This document shows, in pieces, positions 6,378 to 13,831 of a stretch of 28,655 nucleotides of DNA. Under the pieces are notes generated by a model. The model saw only the letters and a list, made by a program, of their open reading frames with translations, searched no databases and was not told the DNA's origin. The stretch is from Longimicrobiales bacterium (lineage in GTDB: Bacteria; Gemmatimonadota; Gemmatimonadetes; Longimicrobiales; RSA9): positions 1-28,655 of the forward strand of contig JBOHRM010000540.1 of NCBI GenBank assembly GCA_050732715.1. The letters run 5' to 3'. The first letter of the stretch is position 1. Each line of letters begins with the position of its first letter. The position numbers and the translations under genes were made by a program.

Positions 6378-7646
6378 ATGCGTCCCCAGACTTTAGCTCT
6401 CGCGGCGATGCTCGGGGCGGGTTGCGGCGCGGATGGCTCCGAGTCGGTGGCCGACCGCGCGGCATCCTCGGCCGCGGCGCAGCAGGCGGAGGACCCCGAC
6501 CCTAGCACGGCTGACCCCTCCCGCGCGGCGGATGCAGGACTCGCCGCGACGTTTCCGGACCGCCCGGACGAGCCACGCCTCACGAACCTGCGGATGTTGA
6601 CGCGGCTCGGCGAGAACGCGGAGGCGTACTTCTCGAGTGACGGCCGCCGCCTGATCTTCCAGGGCACCCGGCCGGGCGAGAGCGAATGCGACCAGATGTT
6701 TGTCATGGATGTCGACGGCGGCAACGTGCGGCGCATCTCGAACGGCGAGGGCCGAACGACGTGCGGCTACTTCTTCCCGGCCGGCGATCGCGTGCTCTAC
6801 AGCTCGACGCACCTTCACGATCGCGCGTGCCCGGCCCCGCCCGACTACAGCCGCGGCTACGTATGGCCACTCGATGAATTCGACATCTTCACGTCGGGCG
6901 CGGATGGCTCGGACGTCCAGAGGCTGACCTCGACGCCCGGCTATGATGCGGAGGCGACGATCTCGCCCGATGGCGAAACGATCCTGTTCACCTCGACCCG
7001 AGATGGCGACCTCGACATCTACACGATGGACGCGGACGGCGGAAACGTTCGGCGGCTCACGGACGAGCCGGGCTACGATGGCGGCGCGTTCTTCTCGACG
7101 GACGGCGCGAAGGTCGTCTACCGCGCGCATCATCCGGAAGACCCGGAAGAGCTGGCGGACTATCGCGCGCTGCTCGCGGCCGGACTCGTCCGGCCGACCC
7201 GACTCGATCTCTGGGTGATGGACGCGGACGGGCGCAACAAGCGCCGGGTCACCGACAACGGCGCGGCGAACTTCGCGCCGTTCTTCCACCCGAGCGGCGA
7301 GAAGATCATCTTCAGTTCGAACATCGATGATGCGGCAGGCCGCGAGTTCGACCTCTATCTGATCAATGTGGATGGCACGGGGCTCGAGCGCATCACGGCG
7401 ACCCCGGAGTTCGACGGCTTCCCCATGTTCAGCCCCGACGGCACCAAGCTCGTCTTCGCCTCGAATCGCGACCACGCGCGGCCCGGCGACACGAACGTGT
7501 TCATCGCGGACTGGGTGGAACGGGTTCCGAGTTCCGCGTTTCGGGTTCCGGGTTCGGTTGGTGCGTCCGCGACTCGGAACTCGAGGTCAGCGATACGAGA
7601 ACGAACTCATCACGCGGAATCCAGGAACCTCAATGACGCTCGATAA
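6378..7646 (+). CDS. TolB-like PD40 beta-propeller lipoprotein
   Basis: Lipobox-like LGAGC, repeated 'FSSDGRRLIF', 'ISPDGETILFTSTRDGDLDIYTM' and 'PMFSPDGTKLVFASNR'. The last ~40 aa are translated repeat DNA. Confidence 0.88.
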   Translation: MRPQTLALAAMLGAGCGADGSESVADRAASSAAAQQAEDPDPSTADPSRAADAGLAATFPDRPDEPRLTNLRMLTRLGENAEAYFSSDGRRLIFQGTRPGESECDQMFVMDVDGGNVRRISNGEGRTTCGYFFPAGDRVLYSSTHLHDRACPAPPDYSRGYVWPLDEFDIFTSGADGSDVQRLTSTPGYDAEATISPDGETILFTSTRDGDLDIYTMDADGGNVRRLTDEPGYDGGAFFSTDGAKVVYRAHHPEDPEELADYRALLAAGLVRPTRLDLWVMDADGRNKRRVTDNGAANFAPFFHPSGEKIIFSSNIDDAAGREFDLYLINVDGTGLERITATPEFDGFPMFSPDGTKLVFASNRDHARPGDTNVFIADWVERVPSSAFRVPGSVGASATRNSRSAIRERTHHAESRNLNDAR

Positions 7647-7670
7647 CTCGGAACTCGGAACCCGGAACTC
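7521..7670. repeat. Inverted pair of heptamer runs (GGGTTCC...GGAACTC)
   Basis: Five GRGTTCC-like units at 7522-7556 and GGAACTC GGAACCC GGAACTC at 7650-7670. 7521-7536 and 7649-7664 are perfect 16-bp reverse complements. Confidence 0.8.
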
Positions 7671-7672
7671 AA

Positions 7673-8812
7673 ATGAGGGTCGTTGTAGGTAAAGAGTCCC
7701 GTCCCGGCGAGCGCAGGGTCGCGCTCGTCCCGGAAGCCGTGGCACGCGTGCGCGAGCTCGGGCTCGGCGTCGCCGTCGAGAGCGATGCCGGCGCCGCCGC
7801 CGGGTTCACGGATGCCGCGTACCGTGACGCGGGCGCCGAGGTGGTCAGGGACGCGGCGGCGCTGTTCACGAACGGTGACATCGTCGTGAAGGTGAGGCCG
7901 CCGGATACGAGCCCGCCCTCCGAGGTCGACCTCCTACCCGCCGGGTCAACGCTGATCGGGTTCTTGCAGCCGCTCACGGCGCCCGAACTGATCCAGGCGC
8001 TCGCCGCGCGTGATATCAGTGCGTTCGCGATGGAGCTGGTCCCACGCATCACGCGCGCGCAGCGCATGGATGCCCTGTCATCGCAGGCGACGGTTGCCGG
8101 ATACAAGGCCGCGCTGATCGCCGCCGCGACGAGCGGCAGGTTCTTTCCTCTGCTGATGACCGCGGCGGGCACGGTCCCGCCGGCCAAAGTGCTGGTGCTC
8201 GGTGCGGGCGTCGCCGGGCTGCAAGCGCTCGCGACCGCGCGCCGACTCGGCGCCGTCGTGCAGGGCTTCGACATTCGCCCCGAGGTGAAGGAGCAGGTCG
8301 AGAGCCTCGGCGCCGAGTGGGTCGGCATCCAGATGGAGGAGGCCGTGGGCGCGGGCGGCTACGCGAAGGAGATATCGGAAGACGCCAAGCAGCGCGAGCA
8401 CGAACACCTGCACAAGCTCGTGACCGACGCCGACGTCGTCATCACGACGGCTCAGATTCCGGGCCGGCCCGCGCCAGTCCTGATCACGGCCGAGATGGTC
8501 GACGCCATGCGTCCGGGCGCCGTGATCGTCGACCTCGCCGCAGAATCCGGCGGCAACTGCGCCCTCACGCGGCCGGACGAGGAGGTCCAGCACCAGGGCG
8601 TCACGATCCTCGGACCCGTCGAGTTGCCCGCGACGCTGCCGTTCCATGCGAGTCAGATGTACTCGAGGAACATCGTCGCGCTGCTCCAGCACCTGGTGAA
8701 AGACGGTGAGCTGCACATCGATCCGGAGGACGAAATCTCGAGCGGCTGTCTGGTCACGCACGCGGGGAAGGTCACGAACGAGCGCGTGAAGGCGTTGGCC
8801 AGCGCAACTTGA
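7673..8812 (+). CDS. pntA: NAD(P) transhydrogenase subunit alpha part 1 (dI)
   Basis: KESRPGERRVALVP, VPRITRAQRMDALSSQA, GAGVAGLQA, GGYAKE, TTAQIPGRPAP, DLAAESGGNC. Confidence 0.96.
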   Translation: MRVVVGKESRPGERRVALVPEAVARVRELGLGVAVESDAGAAAGFTDAAYRDAGAEVVRDAAALFTNGDIVVKVRPPDTSPPSEVDLLPAGSTLIGFLQPLTAPELIQALAARDISAFAMELVPRITRAQRMDALSSQATVAGYKAALIAAATSGRFFPLLMTAAGTVPPAKVLVLGAGVAGLQALATARRLGAVVQGFDIRPEVKEQVESLGAEWVGIQMEEAVGAGGYAKEISEDAKQREHEHLHKLVTDADVVITTAQIPGRPAPVLITAEMVDAMRPGAVIVDLAAESGGNCALTRPDEEVQHQGVTILGPVELPATLPFHASQMYSRNIVALLQHLVKDGELHIDPEDEISSGCLVTHAGKVTNERVKALASAT

Positions 8813-8851
8813 ATGCAGAGTCGAGCCAGAGGGCACGGCATGGTTGGAATC

Positions 8852-8932
8852 CTCGCGCCAAGACGCCAAGCTCGCGAAGGTCTCGCCAAGATACTTTGCG
8901 GATGCTTGGCGAGCTTTGCGGCTTTGCGCGAG
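8852..8932. repeat. 81-nt palindromic element with 9-mer units (CGCCAAG-based)
   Basis: Arms CTCGCGCCAAGACGCCAAGCTCGCGAAG (8852-8879) and CTTGGCGAGCTTTGCGGCTTTGCGCGAG (8905-8932) are complementary at 24/28. Confidence 0.8.
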
Positions 8933-9008
8933 CAATCCAGACTCGCCCACGCGTTTCGTCGCACCGCTGATGCGCGAACCCGGATCGCGAACTGAAGAGG
9001 AGAGGCCG

Positions 9009-9305
9009 ATGATCGAAGGGCTGTTGATCTCGCTGTACGTATTCGTGCTGGCGATCTTCGTCGGCGTCGAAGTCATCTCGAAGGTGCCGCAGATGCTGCA
9101 CACACCGCTGATGTCGGGGTCGAACGCCATCTCCGGGATCACGATCGTCGGCGCACTGGTCGTCGCCGGCCGCGTCGAGTCGCCCGTCAGCACCGTGCTC
9201 GCCGTGATCGCCGTGACGTTCGCGATGATCAACGTCGTCGGCGGGTTCCTGGTCACGGATCGCATGCTTCAGATGTTCCGCAGGCGTGAAGGAGGCGAGC
9301 GATGA
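9009..9305 (+). CDS. pntA: NAD(P) transhydrogenase subunit alpha part 2
   Basis: LHTPLMSGSNAISG and NVVGGFLVTDRMLQMF. ATG at 9009 after GAGG. Confidence 0.95.
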   Translation: MIEGLLISLYVFVLAIFVGVEVISKVPQMLHTPLMSGSNAISGITIVGALVVAGRVESPVSTVLAVIAVTFAMINVVGGFLVTDRMLQMFRRREGGER

Positions 9306-10717
9306 GCGGGGCGCCGACGGGCTGGGTGCCGGTCCTCATCGGTCTCTCGTACCTCTTCGCGGCCGCGCTCTTCATCATTGGCCTGAAGCGGCTCAGCTCG
9401 CCGGCCACCGCGCGCAGCGGCAACCAGCTCGGCGCCATGGGCATGCTGATCGCCGTGGTCGTGACGCTGCTGCATTGGGAGATCGTCAGCTTCACGTGGA
9501 TCATCGTCGGCGTAATCGCCGGGACGCTGATCGGCGCGGTGCTGGCGCGGACCGTGAAAATGACGGCGATGCCGCAGATGGTCGCGCTCCTGAACGGCTT
9601 CGGCGGTGCCGCGTCCGCGCTCGTCGCCGGTGACGAGTATCTGCGGTTCGCGGCCGGGGGCGCCGTGGCGGCGCCGCTCGACGTCCAGACAACGATCATG
9701 CTGAGCGTGATCATCGGAGGCGTCGCGTTCTCGGGCAGCCTCGTCGCGTTCGCGAAGCTTCAAGAGCTCCTGACCGGCAGGCCGATCGTGTTCCCGCTGG
9801 CGAAGCTGATCACAGGGGTCTTGTTCGCGGCGACGATCGCGCTCGCCGGCTATCTCGTGGTCCAGGACGCGGACCTGCCGCTCTATGCGATGCTGAACGC
9901 CGCGGCACTCGTGCTCGGCGTGTTGCTCGTCATCCCGATCGGCGGCGCGGACATGCCGGTCGTGATCGCGCTGCTGAACTCGTACTCCGGGCTCGCCGCC
10001 GCGATGACCGGGTTCGTGCTGAACAACAACATGCTGATCATCGCGGGCGCGCTGGTCGGCGCGTCCGGCCTGATCCTTACGCGGATCATGTGTCAGGCGA
10101 TGAACCGGTCACTGGCGAACGTGCTGTTCGGCGCGTTCGGCGCGGAGGTCACGACCGTGACGGGCGCGGCGGCGGACGGCAAGGTGGTGCGCGACATCAG
10201 CGCGGAGGACGCGGCGATCCTGCTCGGCTACGCGCGTTCGGTCATCTTCGTGCCCGGCTATGGCCTCGCCGTCTCGCAGGCACAGCATCAGGTGCGCGAG
10301 CTGGCCGACCACCTGCAGGAGAAGGGCGTGAACGTGAAGTACGCGATCCACCCGGTGGCCGGCCGCATGCCCGGCCACATGAACGTGCTGCTGGCGGAAG
10401 CGAACGTGCCGTATCCGCAGCTCGTCGAGATGGAGCGGATCAACGCCGAGTTCGACCGCGCGGACGTCGCCGTGGTGATCGGCGCGAACGACGTCGTGAA
10501 CCCGGCGGCGCGCCACGATCGCAACAGCCCGATTTACGGGATGCCGATCATCGACGCCGACCACGCGCAGACCGTCATCGTGATGAAGCGGAGCATGAAG
10601 CCGGGGTTCGCGGGGATCGACAACGAGCTGTTCTACAACGAGCGCACACGCATGCTGTTCGGCGATGCCCGCGAGTCGCTCACGAAGCTGATTCAGGAAG
10701 TGAAGGTCGGGGTATAG
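9302..10717 (+). CDS. pntB: NAD(P) transhydrogenase subunit beta
   Basis: MTAMPQMVALLNGFGG, IPIGGADMPVVI, VPGYGLAVSQAQH, IHPVAGRMPGHMNVLLAEA, GANDVVNPAA. Confidence 0.97.
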   Translation: MSGAPTGWVPVLIGLSYLFAAALFIIGLKRLSSPATARSGNQLGAMGMLIAVVVTLLHWEIVSFTWIIVGVIAGTLIGAVLARTVKMTAMPQMVALLNGFGGAASALVAGDEYLRFAAGGAVAAPLDVQTTIMLSVIIGGVAFSGSLVAFAKLQELLTGRPIVFPLAKLITGVLFAATIALAGYLVVQDADLPLYAMLNAAALVLGVLLVIPIGGADMPVVIALLNSYSGLAAAMTGFVLNNNMLIIAGALVGASGLILTRIMCQAMNRSLANVLFGAFGAEVTTVTGAAADGKVVRDISAEDAAILLGYARSVIFVPGYGLAVSQAQHQVRELADHLQEKGVNVKYAIHPVAGRMPGHMNVLLAEANVPYPQLVEMERINAEFDRADVAVVIGANDVVNPAARHDRNSPIYGMPIIDADHAQTVIVMKRSMKPGFAGIDNELFYNERTRMLFGDARESLTKLIQEVKVGV

Positions 10718-10724
10718 GTCCGGG

Positions 10725-10760
10725 GCGTTGCCGGGTTGCGGGTTGCGGGTTGCGGGTTTG
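10725..10760 (+). repeat. Heptamer tandem repeat (GGGTTGC)n after the pntB stop
   Basis: GCGTTGC C GGGTTGC GGGTTGC GGGTTGC GGGTTTG. Confidence 0.8.
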
Positions 10761-10823
10761 GCGCCGTGACAGGCAAAGGTGGCGCGCGGAGCGGTGGGCG
10801 CGAATGAAGCGAGTTGGAGGAAG

Positions 10824-11567
10824 TTGAGGGCATTGGCTGAACATCACGCGCAGGGCGATTCGGCGATCGAGCTGAACGGCGTTGCGCGTCGGTTCGGTGC
10901 GCGGTGGGCTTTGCGCGGGGTCGATCTGCGCGTCGAGCGAGGCTCGGTGGTGGCGTTGCGTGGCCGGAACGGCAGTGGTAAGACGACGCTGCTGCGCGTG
11001 GGCGCGACGCTGCTGCGGCCGAGCCGCGGGAGCGTGACGGTGTTCGGCGTGGATGCGGCCGAGGATGCCGACCGCATCCGCGGACTCGTCGGTTTCCTCA
11101 CTCACCGCACCGGGTTGTACGACGACCTCACCGCCGCCGAGAACCTGCGGTTCGCGGCGCGCATGATGGGCGTTGGCTCGGCCCCGGACGAGATCTTCGC
11201 CACACTCGAGCGGGTCGGCCTGGGCGACGTCGCCGACGAACGAGTCCGCGGCTTCTCATCCGGGATGCAACGGCGCCTCGCGTTTGCGCGGCTGTTGCTG
11301 CGCCGGCCGGCGCTGCTTCTGCTCGACGAGCCGTACGCGAGCTTCGACGCCGAAGCGGTCGAGTTGGTCAACGGCTTTGCGCGCGAGGTGGTCCAGAACG
11401 GGGGCGCCGCGCTGATCGCGACCCACGATGAGACGCGCGCCGACGGCGTCGCCGACCGGGAAGTCTGGCTCGAGGCCGGCCGCCTGATCGGAGACGAGCC
11501 GTTGTTGGGCGCGGCGCCGCAACCCGGAACGCGCAACATGCGCGGAGCGCGCCGTGTCGCGCCGTGA
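10824..11567 (+). CDS. ccmA: Heme export ABC ATP-binding protein CcmA
   Basis: GRNGSGKTT, LTAAENL, FSSGMQRR, LLLLDEP, ATHD. First gene of the ccm operon. Start uncertain (TTG 10824 after GGAGG; alternatives 10779 and 10833). Confidence 0.9.
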   Translation: MRALAEHHAQGDSAIELNGVARRFGARWALRGVDLRVERGSVVALRGRNGSGKTTLLRVGATLLRPSRGSVTVFGVDAAEDADRIRGLVGFLTHRTGLYDDLTAAENLRFAARMMGVGSAPDEIFATLERVGLGDVADERVRGFSSGMQRRLAFARLLLRRPALLLLDEPYASFDAEAVELVNGFAREVVQNGGAALIATHDETRADGVADREVWLEAGRLIGDEPLLGAAPQPGTRNMRGARRVAP

Positions 11568-12237
11568 GCTGGACCGCGTGGCGGCGATCGTCCGGAAGGA
11601 CCTCGCGGCGGAGCGGCGCTCGAAGGCGAACTTCAACTCCGTCGTCTTCCTCGCTGTCCTGACCCTGCTCCTGTTCGGCTTCTCGCTCGGGCCAGACCCG
11701 CAGGCGCTGCGCGAGATCGGCGGTGGCGTCATCTGGTTGACCATCTTTTTCAGCGGCGTGCTGGCGTTCCACAGGTCCTATCAGCTCGAGCTCGAGAACG
11801 GCGCGATCGACGTGTTGCTGCTCTATCCGGGTGATCGGCGCTCGATCTTCGTCGGCAAGCTGACCGCGAACCTGATCTTCGTCGGCCTCGTCCAAGCCGT
11901 GATGCTGCCGGTGGCGGCGCTGCTCTATGACGTTCCGTTGTTCGCCGCACCATGGCGGCTCGCCCTGGTGCTCGGCCTCGGGACGCTCGGGTTCGTCACG
12001 CTCGGCACGTTCTACGCGGCGATGGCGAGCCGGCTGCGGGCAAGGGAGGTGCTGCTGCCGCTGATGCTGTTCCCTATGCTGATCCCGTTGCTCGTGGCGG
12101 CTGTCCTCGCGACGGGCGCGTTGCTCGATGGCGACCCCATGGGCCAGAGCGGCGCGTGGATCCGGTTGCTCGTCGTGTTCGATGTTATCTTTGGGGTCGC
12201 GGCTTTCTTCGCGTTCGAGCACGTGATCGAGGAGTGA
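11554..12237 (+). CDS. ccmB: Heme exporter permease CcmB
   Basis: 'IVRKDLAAERRSK', 'ELENGAIDVLLL', 'IFVGKL', 'REVLLPLMLFPMLIPLL'. Confidence 0.93.
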   Translation: MSRRELDRVAAIVRKDLAAERRSKANFNSVVFLAVLTLLLFGFSLGPDPQALREIGGGVIWLTIFFSGVLAFHRSYQLELENGAIDVLLLYPGDRRSIFVGKLTANLIFVGLVQAVMLPVAALLYDVPLFAAPWRLALVLGLGTLGFVTLGTFYAAMASRLRAREVLLPLMLFPMLIPLLVAAVLATGALLDGDPMGQSGAWIRLLVVFDVIFGVAAFFAFEHVIEE

Positions 12238-12366
12238 ATCGGTAGTGCGGCTCTCAGTTCGAGCGGTTTCCAGTTGTCCATGGCTGGTTGTCTCGGCCGA
12301 TCGATCGACCGGGAACGGGGTCGCGACGTCAGGGCCTTCATCTTCTCTCGCATCGATGAACGGGAA

Positions 12367-13119
12367 ATGCATGGTTCGACCAATACTTTGACGGGTGGAG
12401 ACAACCCCAGGCAGGTCGTGCGGGCGCCGCAGACGCTGCGGGGGCTTCACGCGTTCGCCGCTTTCGTCCTCTTGTTCTTCCTCGCGGCGCAGGCGTTCGG
12501 CTTCATCACGTCGCCGCCGGACCGCGACATGGGGCATCTTCAGAAGATCATGTACGTGCACGTGCCGGCCGCGTGGAGCGCAATGGTCGCGTACTTCCTC
12601 GTGTTCATCGCCAGCATTGGCTATTTGTGGAAGCGCGACGAGCGGTACGACCTGTTCGCGGCCTCGGCCGTCGAGGTCGGCGTCGTGCTCAACGCGCTGG
12701 CGCTGGCGTTGGGAATGATCTGGGGCCGGCCGACGTGGGGCGTCTGGTGGGAGTGGGAGCCTCGTTTGACGTCGACGCTGGTGATGCTCGTGATCTACGC
12801 GGGCTACCTCGCGCTGCGCGCGTACACGGAAGACGACGAGCGACGTGCACGCTGGAGCGCGGCCGTCGGCGCGCTCGCGTTCCTCAATGTGCCGATCGTC
12901 TATATGTCCGTCCGCTGGTGGCCGACGTTGCACCAGGTCCAGAGCACGCGCGCGACGGTGGACGGACCGTACGCGCTCGGCCTCGAGCTCAATGGATTCG
13001 CGTTCCTCCTTCTCATGATCCTGTTCGTCCTGCTGAGGTACGAGGTGGCACGCGTGCGTCGCGCCACGGAAACGTTGCGCGAGGAGCGCGCGCTCACGGA
13101 GGGTGTCGCTCATGTCTGA
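12367..13119 (+). CDS. ccmC: Heme chaperone-loading protein CcmC
   Basis: MYVHVPAAW, WWD domain WGRPTWGVWWEWEPRLT, SVRWWPTLHQ. Start uncertain. Confidence 0.93.
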   Translation: MHGSTNTLTGGDNPRQVVRAPQTLRGLHAFAAFVLLFFLAAQAFGFITSPPDRDMGHLQKIMYVHVPAAWSAMVAYFLVFIASIGYLWKRDERYDLFAASAVEVGVVLNALALALGMIWGRPTWGVWWEWEPRLTSTLVMLVIYAGYLALRAYTEDDERRARWSAAVGALAFLNVPIVYMSVRWWPTLHQVQSTRATVDGPYALGLELNGFAFLLLMILFVLLRYEVARVRRATETLREERALTEGVAHV

Positions 13120-13249
13120 GTGGGTTTTCGTCGCCGCCGCCTACGGGCTCGCCTGGGCGGTGCTCGCGGCGTACGGCGCGCGGCTGCTGCGCAACCGAGG
13201 CCGCGCTCGGCGCGATTTCGAGAGTGTGCGGGAAGGGGTGATCCGATGA
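13112..13249 (+). CDS. ccmD: CcmD small membrane protein (45 aa; not in ORF track)
   Basis: MSEWVFVAAAYGLAWAVLAAYGARLLRNRGRARRDFESVREGVIR: 'FV..AY' hydrophobic helix plus basic tail. GGAGG RBS. Overlaps the ccmC stop and has an ATGA overlap with ccmE. Confidence 0.88.
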   Translation: MSEWVFVAAAYGLAWAVLAAYGARLLRNRGRARRDFESVREGVIR

Positions 13250-13707
13250 GCGATCTGCGGAAACGACGGCGGCTCGGCATCCTGGTCGGCGCCGTCATCA
13301 TACTGATTGGCTTCACGTACCTGCTGTCCGGACAGATCGGCACCAACCTGGTCTATTTCCTGACACCCGCGGAGGCGCTCGCGAAGGGTCCGAGCATCTA
13401 CGGTGAGCCGATCCGGCTGGGCGGGCTGGTGCAGCCGAAGAGCGTCGCGTGGAACGCCGAAGCGCTCGATCTCCGTTTCACGATGATCGGTGAAGAGACC
13501 GGCGGTCCCGAGCTCCGCGTTCACGCGAGCAAGGCGCCGCCGGCGATGTTCCGCGAGGGGATGGGCGTCGTCGTCGAGGGGAGGATGACGCGCGCGGGGA
13601 TCTTCGAGTCGACCAACCTGATGGTCAAGCACTCGAACGAGTATCGTGCGCCCGAGGATGGCCAGCACCCCGGCGACATGTATCGGACCCTCGAGCGCGA
13701 TGAATAG
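13246..13707 (+). CDS. ccmE: Heme chaperone CcmE
   Basis: N-terminal TM, NLVYFLTP, IRLGGLV, PPAMFREGMGVVVEG, heme motif KHSNEY (HxxxY). Confidence 0.95.
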   Translation: MSDLRKRRRLGILVGAVIILIGFTYLLSGQIGTNLVYFLTPAEALAKGPSIYGEPIRLGGLVQPKSVAWNAEALDLRFTMIGEETGGPELRVHASKAPPAMFREGMGVVVEGRMTRAGIFESTNLMVKHSNEYRAPEDGQHPGDMYRTLERDE

Positions 13708-13748
13708 CCCCCTCACCCTGACCCTCTCCCCCCAGGGGCGAGAGGGAA
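13708..13748. repeat. BoxC-like pyrimidine/purine palindrome
   Basis: CCCCCTCACCCTGACCCTCTCCCCCCAGGGGCGAGAGGGAA: a pyrimidine tail plus a CCCTCTC...GAGAGGG hairpin directly after the ccmE stop. Confidence 0.7.
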
Positions 13749-13796
13749 CATCCGATGTCGGGCCCGGCGACTCGCCCGCGCATGGGCGCGCGTAGC

Positions 13797-13831
13797 TCGG
13801 AACTCGGAACCCGGAACTCGGAACTCCGAAC
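13797..13831 (+). repeat. Heptamer tandem repeat (TCGGAAC)x5 abutting the ccmF start
   Basis: TCGGAAC TCGGAAC CCGGAAC TCGGAAC TCCGAAC, then TTG. Confidence 0.85.

Noticed and set aside
8844..9008. N-terminal extension of PntA2
   Set aside because: It is translated palindromic repeat. The real start is the ATG at 9009 with an RBS.
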